Source: Nemertoderma westbladi
Lineage: Eukaryota; Animalia; Xenacoelomorpha
Assembly: GCA_032718475.1 (NCBI GenBank)
Contig: JAUCBJ010002084.1
Location: 1-64,000, forward strand
Reading direction: 5' to 3'
DNA: 64,000 bases
Below, one piece after another: positions 39,779 through 51,013 of the stretch. Positions within the stretch are counted from its first letter, which is position 1; every line of letters begins with the position of its first letter. The notes beneath the pieces were generated by a model. The model had not been told where the DNA came from. It saw nothing but the letters and a program-made list of their open reading frames with translations, and ran no database searches. A program made the translations under genes and the position numbers.

Positions 39779-40559
39779 CTTGCAAACGAAAATGGTTGTG
39801 CTGTTCAGTAATTTATGCTATGCCTACCTACAGCAACAATGTAGTAGCTGGATAAATTGTATATATTTATACACTGTAGTGATGTTTTATTCCACGGAGG
39901 CGGGCAGAGCTTGGTTATGTTGTGAATGCAATGTATACTTTGTCATTAGGGTTGGCCTCCTATGGCGCAACTTTATTATAGTAACAAACTCTACCTATGT
40001 AACAATATAAAAAAATCCATATTTTATGCTACTGCACTAGCCGCTGCGTGTACTATCCCACATAATAGAATTATGCATTAAATAAATTACATATTTGCAT
40101 AGCTCAACATATCCACACACAGATGTTTGCGATATCTAGTAGTCCCCAGTCAATCAAGCAGAAATGAGGGTTAACTCAAATCTAATTAGCAATTCATCCA
40201 AACCAATTTTCTTATTATTATTATTAAGTTTATTTTGTACATATTACATAGCCAGTAATAGTATGGCATAGATAAATAAGTACGACAAGCACAAAGAATA
40301 TAAATAATTAATGTAGTACGACGGTTAATTTGTAAGATTACGAGGCCCATGTGAACTTTCCCAGAGTCCCCAGGAAAGTCGAAATAAAATGGGTCAACAT
40401 TTGTTTAAAGGGGTGGGTGGCTTGGTCTGTTGGTCGGTCGGTCGGTGGGAAAGGGGGAAGGTGGGAAGGTGTGATGGATTATTTCACTGTTAGGTAGCAA
40501 TTTATAGTACCACGTAAAAACTTTCTAAATCCGACGTATTTTGCCTTAATTAGTAGTAA

Positions 40560-41120
40560 TGTAATATGCCTATTCCTATTAATAGTTATTAGTTCATCGG
40601 CGTCTCTATTACTATTGGTGCAGTGGTCAGATGGGTTAAGGCGTTGGTTGCATTATAGGTAGGTTATAGGTTCGAATCCCAGTCTGGAATTTGCATATTT
40701 GGGCTATTGATTTTCGATTTGATTAAAATAGATAGGCCAATGAGGTGCGTACAACACGTGGAATGATGAGTTGGGCCAATCATAGGGCACCGAACATCTT
40801 ATTGCTCCAATGTGAGGCCATGGAATGTCCTGGAATGTTCTAGTGGATTCTATGTCACAGATTTGCTATATAAGGGCCGGTTTGCCTTCGGTTATCACTC
40901 TCTCTTATCACACTCAACTTGTACTAATCTTATTTACTCTTTGCTTAGTTTAGTTATTATTTGTAAAGTGAAGTTGCTAAGTTTGTAAATTACGTAAATA
41001 TACTGTAAACTCTTGAACATGTATATTTCCATCAATCCACCTTTGGGACAGCCAAACATTTGGGAAATGGCTGCCTAAACAGTTAGGCCGTCAGCAACGC
41101 AGGGAAAGATGTCCACAACA
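40560..41120 (+). mobile_element. Possible solo-LTR-like segment containing the tRNA-like sequence
   Basis: TGTAA...ACAACA ends. Octamer ATTTGCAT at 40689, three CCAAT motifs at ~40737-40811, TATATAAG at ~40867, T-rich downstream tract. No TSD found, so boundaries are uncertain. Confidence 0.3.
40617..40688 (+). other. Degenerate tRNA-derived sequence (Pol III A and B boxes; SINE-head-like)
   Basis: A-box-like TGGTCAGATGG and B-box GGTTCGAATCC at tRNA spacing; no pairing acceptor stem or clean anticodon arm. Confidence 0.55.
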
Positions 41121-41820
41121 CGCTAAGCGCCCACATTAGATTCGCCCACGCGCCCGTTCGAAATGCTCCACCCTTGCCATACAGCGCCCACTTCAGAGGA
41201 AGGTAAGACTTTGTTTGACCCCTTGCCCGCCGTAAGACCTATAGATCAGGGTAAGCGTGACGACGTCCTGGGACGCCATAAAATTTAAGATCAAGTATTT
41301 CAGATTTTGACCGGACGAAGGTGCCAAATCCCTGGATTAACCTGTATTCCCTACAGGTGTGAACTATTGCTGTTCGTCAGTACGCGCAAGTACACTTTAG
41401 GTGCTAATAGCAAATGTTTTATAATTTAGTCATTTGCCGTCATTAGTCATTCACGTGACGTAATAATAAAGGAATAAACATAATTTAAATGAATGGAGCG
41501 ACAATATTATTGTATATAATATGTACAAATGTAATACCGTATTGACAGTTTCATATTATAATCTGGAACGTTTTATAAAAACTTTTTCTATAAAAGATTT
41601 ACATTAAATAGGTATGATGACCTACAATTGCGCGGTGTAATTCAATTCATATTTAAGCATGTTCAAACAAGCTAATACTAAGTAGTATGCTTTAATTTAA
41701 TTTAATCGTACACCCACCGAGATGGGGGACTAAACTATGCTTACTTTGCTATGCACACTCAGACACTTAGGCGTACTGTATAATATTGTAGTAATATCAT
41801 CACTAATAATGATTTACAAT

Positions 41821-41973
41821 TAAATGCCAGAATACCAAAGTGCCTTTAGGGAACTCTTAAGGATTTATACTACAGTTCCCCAAAAGCACTCTGACATTTT
41901 GGCATTTACGCTGGTTGCAATTATTTAGGTATCTGGAAAAAATGCCAAAATGCCAAAGTGCCTTTTGGGAACT
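41821..41973. repeat. Foldback inverted repeat with a third direct copy (MITE-like relic)
   Basis: TAAATGCCAGAATACCAAAGTGCCTTTAGGGAACT (41821-41855) pairs imperfectly with AGTTCCCCAAAAGCACTCTGACATTTTGGCATTTA (41874-41908). A third copy AAATGCCAAAATGCCAAAGTGCCTTTTGGGAACT lies at ~41940-41973. Confidence 0.7.
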
Positions 41974-42467
41974 ATTCGTGTGACTTAGCCACACGTAGGT
42001 CGTCTGCCTTTATTGTACCTGATTTTGCATTTTGCCATAAAGTCAGCAGAGCAGAAACCGCATACGTACTCTCTACCACTAGTGTCCTTGTCCGAGGGAA
42101 CATGTATCTCAGTATCTCCGTCCAAAATAATATTCATCCCCATCTGCTCCAATTTGAAGAAGACTATTACATAATAATACCTATAATTAAAACAATTAAT
42201 TATTATAATTCTATAGTTAATAAAAACAGTATATCATTCCGGGGATGGAATTTATAGGTCATCTAATATAATTAATTGTTTAAAGATTATCAAACAATAC
42301 CATATAATTGCATAATAAAATCCAAATATAAAACGTGGATACAAAATGTAAAATCGGGATGCTAAAGATCACTTTCTGAGCTACGAAAGGAGAATTGGAT
42401 ACAACTTGTCTGGATACAAGCGGTCCGTTTACCTTACAAAATGAACAATAAGAATGTGCGAAGTTAA

Positions 42468-42606
42468 GAACTGTCGGGGGGAAGTGTCCGGGGGGGGGGG
42501 GGAGTGTCTGGGGGGGAACTGTCCGGGGGGGGGGAACTGTCCTACTTGAACGGGGGGGGGGGGAACTGTCCGGGGGGGAAGTGTCCGCACTACTACTACT
42601 ACTACT
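42468..42606 (-). mobile_element. G-rich subterminal repeats ending in (ACT)6: Polinton/Maverick-like terminal inverted repeat fragment
   Basis: Minus strand begins (AGT)6-GCGGACACTTCCCCCCCGGACAGTTCCCC. About six GGGGAA(C/G)TGTCC units. No matching second terminus in the window. Confidence 0.45.
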
Positions 42607-43649
42607 AAGATCGGCATGCTGCATTGCAGCTGCATTTTTAAGAAAGCTGTGCCGGCTTATCGAGAAAAAAAAGAGTGTCCGCACACCGTTTATAAGGCTA
42701 CTCGATCCCCTTCGTGTAGCTTCCATGATAGTTTTACGAGGCCCAATTAACGCCGATATACAGTTTATAAATATATATATAAAATGTTAAAAAATTTAAA
42801 ATCAATTATCAAATCAAACAATCAGATTTATAAGTAATAGTACAGTGTAGTAGTTGCTATACTACAGTACTACAACACTGTACGTACAGTACACTGCAGT
42901 AAAATGGCAGAATCCATCATCCACAGAACATACATAATCCATAAACATACAGACATAAATTACTGTTGGCAATTAACTATCCAATCACGGCTTAAAATAG
43001 TTATAATACGTTTATTTATAAATCGCACAAACACTAAGATCGAACCCAAGAAGCAACCTACAACAACTTAACTGTAAAGTACCTTTTGGGCGGTATAGTA
43101 AAGTGTTGTTACCAGGAACCATAAAATTCTTTGAAATTTATGTCCTTTCCCTTTCTGAATTTCCTCGGAAATCACACGTCGGGGCATTCTCCTTGTATAT
43201 CTTCCCAAAAGAATCAATATGACCGCTGATGAACTCATCAGTGACGTCATCATAATATATTTAGTGATTTTAAATGTCAAATTTATATTAATTTATTCTT
43301 CAATTGCACGAACTACTTTATTGAAGGGAAAAAAATATTTAGTTATTTAAACAGTATATTATAACGAATTAAACATTAAATTTATATTCCCAAAATCATG
43401 GTTGTTACATATTTGCAAATATTATTTCATCTAAATTTAACAAGCATTGCAGTTCTAAGCATTATTTGTAAACAAACTCCTCCTCAATGCATTCGGTATT
43501 GTGATTGGTTGGCAAGAGCTCTTTCCAGTAATGATTTCGTAATAGTAGGAAATGGCTTTAGGCAGGCCACCCTAAACGCCACTACCATTATTATAAGAAT
43601 CAGCCCATGGACAGTCATTGCCTTTATCCCTGAAATCATGTGACGAAAT

Positions 43650-44824
43650 CTTTTGCGTTACCGGTATCATCTGATTTCGGGAATATCATTGCATCATTAG
43701 GTCAATCAATTCATTATTTAAAGTCAGAAAGTACCGTTACCGTCTGACCGTATTTTACTTTGTTGTAGGCATACCGCTGTACCGGTCTGCCGGTAATTAA
43801 TTTTTGTTTTGTGCAGTTTTTATTCTACAGTTCTCCAAGGTGCGGTACCGGTAGTGGTACCGTAGTTGTTTTTAGGCCTACCGGTTTCCGGTTCTGCTGC
43901 TGTGCTGGGTGATCGTGATCGGCGTTAATAATAATAGGCCCTTCGGCAGTTAATAATTGACTGAATGGCAATAATATCGTAAATTCCGCTAAATTTCTTA
44001 GATTATGACTCAGGGTTAGGGTTACATGACAGTTTTAATTATGGTCAGAGATCAGCAGATGGTTGAGGCCTGATAAACACTGAACGACCACTGAAACAGT
44101 GCGCTGCGCAATAAACTGATAAAGATTGACATATTACAGTATTAATTAAGACTAAGTAAGATATATTATATTATTCAGTTATTACCGGTACATTATATTA
44201 TATTATTTGGCTGGAGACACCGCTGTCATAGAAGACGACTACCGCTACCGGTACATGCGGTACTGATATTCCAGTATTCTGATATTTGATACTGTCATAT
44301 CGGATATACTGATCAGATATTTGTTGTTGTCGTTGAGTCAGTCAGTCGTCGTAGTCCAGTACCGTAGTCGTAGATTCGAAGAGTACAGGAGTAAGTTGTA
44401 TTTTTTTTTGAAATCCCGGTACCGGTCAGCCGGTAGGCCTATATTATAACTGTATATTAAATAATAAATCTGTAAATAGCCGTCCGGGACTAACAGCGGA
44501 CCTAACGCCTAACGGCCTCAAGTATGCTAGAGTGAAACAGGAGGGAAGTACAAATAAATAAATATTCAGCACGAGTATTGCTGCCAGGTGATATTAATTA
44601 AATAAATTTGTTTGCAACAGCTCATCTCCAATTTATTTAATTAATAATTAAAACAAATTATATTTTGGGATTTACCGGTAGTTTAGCAGCAGGCCTACCG
44701 ACAGATCCGTAATATAACTCTGGCTAATACATACATGTATACTATAGGTACGGTATTATATTATATTATTATTATTACATTATATTGAATATAATTCTCA
44801 CAACTCGTCACCTCGTAGTTGACA
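43650..44824 (+). promoter_or_regulatory. Probable unk promoter/5' UTR region, CpG- and ACCGGT-rich, with a candidate non-coding first exon
   Basis: Many TACCGGTA/GGTACC motifs. Donor GGA|GTAAGT at 44391 and acceptor cctcgtag| at 44818, 6 nt before the ATG. Confidence 0.45.
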
Positions 44825-44913
44825 ATGGTACTGATGATGACGGAAATGAGAGAGACTTCACTGAATTCGGATACTCAGATTGTTTTATCGGATGAGAAAT
44901 CATTCCATTTATC
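44825..44913 (+). CDS. unk: Unkempt coding exon 1
   Basis: MVLMMTEMRETSLNSDTQIVLSDEKSFHL-S. Donor TC|GTGAGT (phase 2) joins exon 2 to give EKSFHLSYLKEFR, matching the Unkempt EKxxHxxYLKEFR start. Confidence 0.75.
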
Positions 44914-45348
44914 GTGAGTTATTATAATAATCCTAAACCTACTGCCCATTCCACTAACATTTTGTTTACATCTCGATATCTAAACTAAATTATTGTGGTA
45001 CCGGTACCGTATGTCAGTATGTAGTGGCTGGGAGGTTATAGTGATCGGTAACTGACTGACTCAGTGACACATAGCCTTGTGCCCTGCCTACAACAACATA
45101 GCCTATCGATTTATATTTAGAAAGTAGGGCTACCGCTAGCAGGCTAGTGTTTTTTTGTTTTGTTAATTAACTTAATTTCGGTTCTGACCCCCACGTTTAA
45201 AACTCAGCCGTGTGCCAATGCAGCCCTCATCGGTGCCGGCTACAGGTACTTAAAAGCGAAATTGTAAATTATTCTGTACCGGTACCTTACCTAGTATAGG
45301 CCTATACAAGTGCTGAGTGTTTCTTTACATATTTATATTAAATTAAAG

Positions 45349-45558
45349 GTATTTGAAAGAGTTTCGTACAGAGCAATGCCAGTTGTTCCTTCAGCACAAA
45401 TGCGTCCACCACCGACCCTACACTTGTTTCTATTGGCACTTCCAGAACCAAAGGCGACGCAGACCTGTTCGCCTTAAAGACGGATCCTATTCCTATAGTT
45501 CCGAGATTTATTGCACACAATACGATGAGAACACGGGAAACTGTTCCCATGGAGAAAG
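45349..45558 (+). CDS. unk: Unkempt coding exon 2 (CCCH fingers 1-2)
   Basis: YLKEFRTEQCQLFLQHKCVHHRPYTCFYWHFQNQRRRRPVRLKDGSYSYSSEIYCTQYDENTGNCSHGE; boundaries aag|G and AG|gtacac. Confidence 0.95.
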
Positions 45559-45829
45559 GTACACTATCTCCAGATATTATTATAGTTTAAATATGAATAT
45601 TACTACCGGTATCGATATTAATAATGATTAAATGTTCCACATTGCCTCTACTTTATCACTCTATTTTCTCTCGCACTCTACCAGCGCACATCTATACTTC
45701 CTATATCCCCCCTATACCTTCCCTCTATATACTTTCCCATTCCTCTCTACTTCCTCTACTTTCTCCCATCTATAAATCCCCCTTTATCTACTTTCGTTCT
45801 ACTGCCTCTATAGTCTATACTTTATTACC

Positions 45830-46523
45830 CCACACTTCCAGCTGTACTTTCCCTGTATATTTTCCCTGCATACTTTCCCTCCACTTTCCCTATACTTTCT
45901 CCCCTCTGTACTTTCCCTACAAGCTTTCCTTCCACTTTATCTGTTCTGTACTTTCCCTACATGCTTTCCTTCCACTTTATCTGTTCTGTACTTTCCCTAC
46001 ATGCTTTCCTTTCGATGTATGTACTTTCCCTCCTTCACTTTCAGCTGAACTTTCCCCTCTACTTTTCCCCCCTTTACTTGCAGCTGTACTTTCGCTACGT
46101 TTCTCCTCTTTACTTCCAGATCTACTTTTCCTCCCTTTACTTCCAGTTGTACTTTCCCTCGCTCTACTTTTCCTCCCTTTACTCCCAGCTGTATTTTACC
46201 TCTACGTTTTCCCCTTTACTCCTAGCTGTACTTGGCCTCCAACTCCCCTCTACTTTTCCCCCCTTTACTTCCAACTGTACTTTCCCTCTACTTCCCCCCT
46301 TTACTTCCAGCTGTACTTTCCTCCCCATTTACTTCCAGCTGTACTTTCCCTCTACTTTCCCTCCCCCTTTACTTCCAGCTGTACTTTCCCTCCACCTTCC
46401 CTCTACTTTTCCCCTTGACTTCCAGCTGTACTTTCCCCCTACTTTCCACCCCCCCCCCCCCCCCTTTACTTCCAGCTGTACTTTCCCCCTACTTCCCCCC
46501 CCCCCCCCCCCCTTTACTTCCAG
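45830..46523 (+). repeat. Degenerate pyrimidine-rich tandem repeat made of copies of the intron2/exon3 junction
   Basis: About 12 copies of CCCTTTACTTCCAGCTGTACTTTCC or close variants; the last copy is the real acceptor. Confidence 0.9.
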
Positions 46524-46789
46524 CTGTACTTTCCTCCATCGCAATGCCGGTGACACTGAACGCCGTTACCACACTCGGTTCTACAAGACAGCCGCTTGCG
46601 TTCACGAGACGGATTCCAGTGGCTTCTGCATCAAGAACGGCCCCCATTGCGCCTTCTCTCACGGCCCCGAGGACACGAGGGTTTCCCGCCTGGACCCAAA
46701 GGCCGTGTCTATAATGCCCAAGGAAGGTCTACAGAGCGCCATAGTAACGGACAAGGGGAGCGCACTTAACGAGGATCCGAGATGGAGAG
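46524..46789 (+). CDS. unk: Unkempt coding exon 3 (end of finger 2, finger 3, linker)
   Basis: CTFLHRNAGDTERRYHTRFYKTAACVHETDSSGFCIKNGPHCAFSHG...NEDPRWR; boundaries ttccag|C and G|gtaagt. Confidence 0.95.
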
Positions 46790-46933
46790 GTAAGTTATGG
46801 ATAATAACGAATATCCCGATATGGAAGGGTAAGTTATGGATAATGACGAATATCCCGATATGGAAGGGTAAGTTATGGATAATGACAAATATCCCGATAT
46901 GGAAGGGTAAGTTATGGATAATGATGAATATCC
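46777..46933 (+). repeat. 39-bp x4 repeat spanning the exon3/intron3 junction
   Basis: Unit CCGATATGGAAGG|GTAAGTTATGGATAATGACGAATATC, with GTAAGT at 46790, 46829, 46868 and 46907. Confidence 0.92.
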
Positions 46934-47134
46934 GAATTAATGTTCTTGATGTCATGGGGGTCTACAATTTTGCAACAAGTTTGGAAGGAGGGGGTGGGGT
47001 GGTCAAAGTTGGCTTAAAATTATGTGTTATGTGACATCATTGTTAATATCGTATGGGGGAGGGGTTAAAAATTATGGTGTGGCACTGATCCTACCAGCAC
47101 TTAACTTTACGTGTACATTTTTATTTCATTCCAG

Positions 47135-47270
47135 AATTAAGCTTTGTACTCGCATATTATAAGACAGAGCCGTGTCGCAGACCCCCCAGATTGTGTCGTC
47201 AAGGCTACGCTTGTCCCTGTTACCATAACACCAAAGATAGGAGACGCAATGCCAAGCAACACAAGTATAG
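47135..47270 (+). CDS. unk: Unkempt coding exon 4 (finger 4)
   Basis: ELSFVLAYYKTEPCRRPPRLCRQGYACPCYHNTKDRRRNAKQHKY; boundaries ttccag|AA and AG|gttagt. Too short to appear in the ORF track. Confidence 0.95.
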
Positions 47271-47846
47271 GTTAGTGCGATTACTTAGCATTCAGAGACG
47301 TTGGCCTTTTATCTTCGTATTCGTTTGGAGTGCAAATAGGCACGCAAATAATTAAATTACTCATTAAAATGGTTAAAACAGTTGCTCTATAATTATTGGC
47401 AATAACAGTTGTTAGTTATTGTTGCAGTTTAACATGATACAAATTGTAATTCCAAATACACTAATTTACAGGAACTCACAAGAAAACGAATCATATTGAA
47501 TTTCTCAAGTTTAAGTAAAGCAAAGGATATATTGGTTGAACTTTCCCCTACCTAAAGTACACGGACACGCTATTTTTTTTAAATTTAATTATCATAAACT
47601 ATCTGTATGGATATCCGAAATTACAGGACTTTATTAGCTCCGACTTTATTTATAACTGTTTATGGATCTGGGCGGAGTATATTTTCATCCAAACCGAAAC
47701 AGGAGAATTTTCTAGAATATTATAAAGTGAACCTTAACAAATTATTATAATATATCGATGCATTAGTTCATATACTCTTCCATCTTACAATATCTAATAT
47801 CTATATAATTACTTTATTTTTTAAGTCGGCTTGAAATACGCATTAG

Positions 47847-49829
47847 CCCTATACTGCATGACTTTTTGTTTCAAGGATAAAAAATATTTGTATCCTGATT
47901 TTAAAAGCATTATGTACACTAAGTTTGATTCAAAAATAATTTTTCGAAAATATTAACTAGTTCAAAAGATACAGGGATGTCGTTCTAGAACAACACCATG
48001 CGCTCGGAGGACTCATCGTTAACTATTGTTGGCAATACAATATTCAACTCTACCGGTTTTTCTGCCTCGGCATACTTTTGCTTGGGGTTCTGGGGCAATG
48101 ATTATGTATTATCCGGTTTAAATAGTTGAAAATTTCGACCTGTACCTGTATGAAGTGCACTGCACCAATACGAAGTGCACTGCACCAGTATGATATGCAC
48201 TTCATCAGTATGAAGTGCACTGGAACAGTGTATAGTGCATTATCCCGGTAAGAGGTGCACTAATTTGCCAGTGCACTGCAACAGTATGAAGTGCAATGCA
48301 CCAGTATGAAGTGCACTGCACCAGTATTAAGTGCACTAATTCAACTGTGCACTGCACCAGTATGAAGTGCACTGCACCAATGTGTAGTGCACTACCCCGG
48401 TACGAAGTGCACTAATTCGCCAGTGCACTGCAACAGTATGAAGTGCAATGCACCAGTACAAAGTGTACTGCACCAACCAGTGCGAAGTACACTGCACCAG
48501 CACGAAGTGTAAAGCACCAGCATAAAGTGTACTGCACTGGATCAAAACGCACCGCACCAGTGCTAAGTGCACTACCCCGTTACGAAGTGCACTAATTCAA
48601 AAGTTCACTGCGCCAGTATAAAGTGCACTGCACCAGAACGAAGTGCACTGCACCAGTGCGACGTGCACTACCCAGGTACAAAGTGCACTCATTCACCGGT
48701 GCAATGTGCACTTCACCAGTATAAAGTGCACTGCACCGGATCAATGTGTACTGCATCCAGTATGAAGTATACTGCACTGGATCAAAGCACACCGCACCAG
48801 TGCGAAGTACACTACACCGGTACAAAGTGCACTAATTCACCAGTGCGAAGTGCACTACACCGGAACGAAGTGCACTAATTCACCGGTGCAATGCGCACTC
48901 TACCAGTATAAAGTGCACTGCACTGTATCAATGTGCACTACACCACAATGCAACTGCACTGAAATGCACTGCACCGGAAGGAAATGCACGAATTCACCAG
49001 TACGAAGTGCACTGCACCAGTGGGAACCCCGTTACGAAGTGCAGTAATTCACCATCGCTACTAGACCCTGACGAAAAACCTTCAAAATCATCACCACTCG
49101 AACAATCGTCATCACTGGAATCACCCCGAGGAATAAGAACAGCGTAGTCAGTTCACTCCCTACTGATTGTTCCATCACGGGACACTCTTATTCTATTAAA
49201 CTCAAAAAGAGTTCAACATCATCCATTCTTATAAGGATAATTATAATGTAAATAGCAAATAGATTGTATGATGTTATGCTTCAACAACAAGACAAGTACC
49301 TATTTATAGCCATGTGTCTACTCTGCACGATTATAATAAAATGTTATACTCAATATTGTCTGCCATTGTCTACAATTTCGAAGGACCAGTACCTATATTT
49401 TTTGAAATACTGGGCAAATCAGTAATGTTGTTTGATAACCACGTTCATAATGTTGTTGTAGGACAACCTCATGAAAATTGTATTATTGTGAGGTCCCACC
49501 TTACTTTAAAATAATGGAACTTGTTTTAAACAATACTCTATATAATTAGCCAATAGCCTGATTTTATTCAACGCCCACATAATCTATATTAGGATGGTTG
49601 GTTACCAAAGATGTTGTTGTATAGATCGGTCCATCATTTCGTAACCTCAGTAATTGGAAGGCTTTAGATAGGTAAGATACTATCCTACATTTCATTGGAT
49701 GGTTCTACCGTGTAGAATATCCAATCAGCTTTCGAATGAGGTATTACAGATTATCTATTAATCAAAATATCAAATGTGTAGAGGCCTTTATAGCAATGTT
49801 GTTCCTGAACAACACTATGCAGTAAAGGG
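47847..49829. mobile_element. Non-autonomous piggyBac-like DNA transposon relic in unk intron 4
   Basis: Left tta(g)-CCCTATACTGCAT and right ATGCAGTAAAGGG-ttaa form TIRs with CCC...GGG ends and a TTAA-type site. A minus-strand acidic stretch GDSSDDDCSSGDDFEGFSSGSSSDGE lies at ~49048-49127. Confidence 0.55.
48147..49053. repeat. Degenerate ~20-bp minisatellite (GTATGAAGTGCACTGCACCA)
   Basis: Recurring AAGTGCACT(G/A)CACCAG core at ~20-bp period. Confidence 0.9.
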
Positions 49830-49880
49830 TTAAACGATTATAATAATTAATAAAACTTCGAAACTTGAAAATAAAACGAC

Positions 49881-50017
49881 ATAGTCTATTTAAATAAAGT
49901 ACCTGTATTTCACTTTCAGACTCTCGTTTCATATTTCACTCACTCGCTTAGCTCGTTCGTGGAAATATTCCCACTCGAGTCTGTGTAAAATACAGTGCTA
50001 CTTTATTTAAATACTAT
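49881..50017. mobile_element. Short palindromic MITE-like element
   Basis: Left ATAGTCTATTTAAATAAAGTACCTGTATTTCAC..AGACTC is an imperfect inverted match to right GAGTCTGTGTAAAATACAGTGCTACTTTATTTAAATACTAT; central CACTCGCTTAGCTCGT. Confidence 0.6.
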
Positions 50018-50177
50018 AGCATTATATTGTTAAAAATAAAATATTGTAGCAATATTTAATAATTATATGACATCTATGAAATCCTTTAAATTATTTACAC
50101 GCGTTGCTATATCGTTATTTCTGCCGTCATTGTTATACTTTTGTTATGCCACACCAACATGAACCAATTGGTTACAG

Positions 50178-50380
50178 GTCGTCCCCGTGTCCCAACGTTA
50201 AACAGGGCGATGAGTGGCGGGACCCGGCCCTGTGCGATTCCGCTGATGGCTGTCAGTACTGCCACACCCGAACGGAACAACAATTCCATCCCGAGATTTA
50301 CAAGAGCTCCAACTGTAAGGATATGGAGCACAATGGTTTCTGTCCGAGGGGTCCATTCTGTGCGTTCGCACACAAAGATA
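50178..50380 (+). CDS. unk: Unkempt coding exon 5 (fingers 5-6)
   Basis: RSSPCPNVKQGDEWRDPALCDSADGCQYCHTRTEQQFHPEIYKSSNCKDMEHNGFCPRGPFCAFAHKD; boundaries ttacag|G and A|gtgagt. Confidence 0.95.
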
Positions 50381-50888
50381 GTGAGTCATCTGTCTGTGTT
50401 GTATGTCGCAGTTTATATTACGTTAACATTATACACATTCTCAGTTTTTTTTACATAATAATAATATATATAATAAAGGTTTTTTTTATATATTTGTTGT
50501 TACTGGCGCTATTAGGAAGCTGTTAGGTTCTTATCAGAACGCCAGCATCTAACCGCACACCTAACATAATTAACCGCGTGAGTTCTGAGTTAGAGAAACA
50601 TTTAAACGAATTGTCAATTGAGACCTAAGCACTGCGGGTTACCTCACGTTGCTGAACCTCACTTATTAAATAACTCATCAATACACTTTTTTGCGAGACA
50701 AGCTATTTTAAAATCAACACGTTTCTCTATTGGCAGCCAGTAGTGTAGCGATTTCAATAATCTATGTGTGTACACATAACACCACCAGCTTATGATATCG
50801 GGAACTATAATTGTAGCTGTAGCTTGTAGCTGAATGTAACAGGGTGTTTCCCCCTACTATTATTATGTATAACTTCTATTACTTACAG

Positions 50889-51013
50889 AGGATGAGCTAG
50901 TGAATCGTGACCCTTCATCCTGGTGCGATCTCAGCCCCGGTACTGCAGCTCCACCTAGCGGTGCATCAATGAACCCACCAGTTAATGTACCAATGAATAC
51001 CTCTTTACCACAG
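50889..51013 (+). CDS. unk: Unkempt coding exon 6 (low-complexity region)
   Basis: KDELVNRDPSSWCDLSPGTAAPPSGASMNPPVNVPMNTSLPQ; boundaries ttacag|AG and CAG|gttaga; phases match the neighbouring exons. Confidence 0.75.

Noticed and set aside
40617-40688. Functional tRNA gene
   Set aside because: The acceptor and anticodon stems do not pair; only the A and B boxes remain.
43060-43650. Coding-looking minus-strand stretches (e.g. DDVTDEFISGHIDSFGKIYKENAPTCDF)
   Set aside because: Short and stop-interrupted, with no recognisable family or consistent exon chain; could be a decayed gene but cannot be supported.
44010-44026. Telomere-like AGGGTTAGGGTTA
   Set aside because: Only two units; expected by chance.
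45624-46523. Pro/Leu/Phe-rich ORFs 45624-46418 and the 5' part of 45961-47034
   Set aside because: Translations of the pyrimidine-rich intronic repeat; Unkempt homology starts at 46524.
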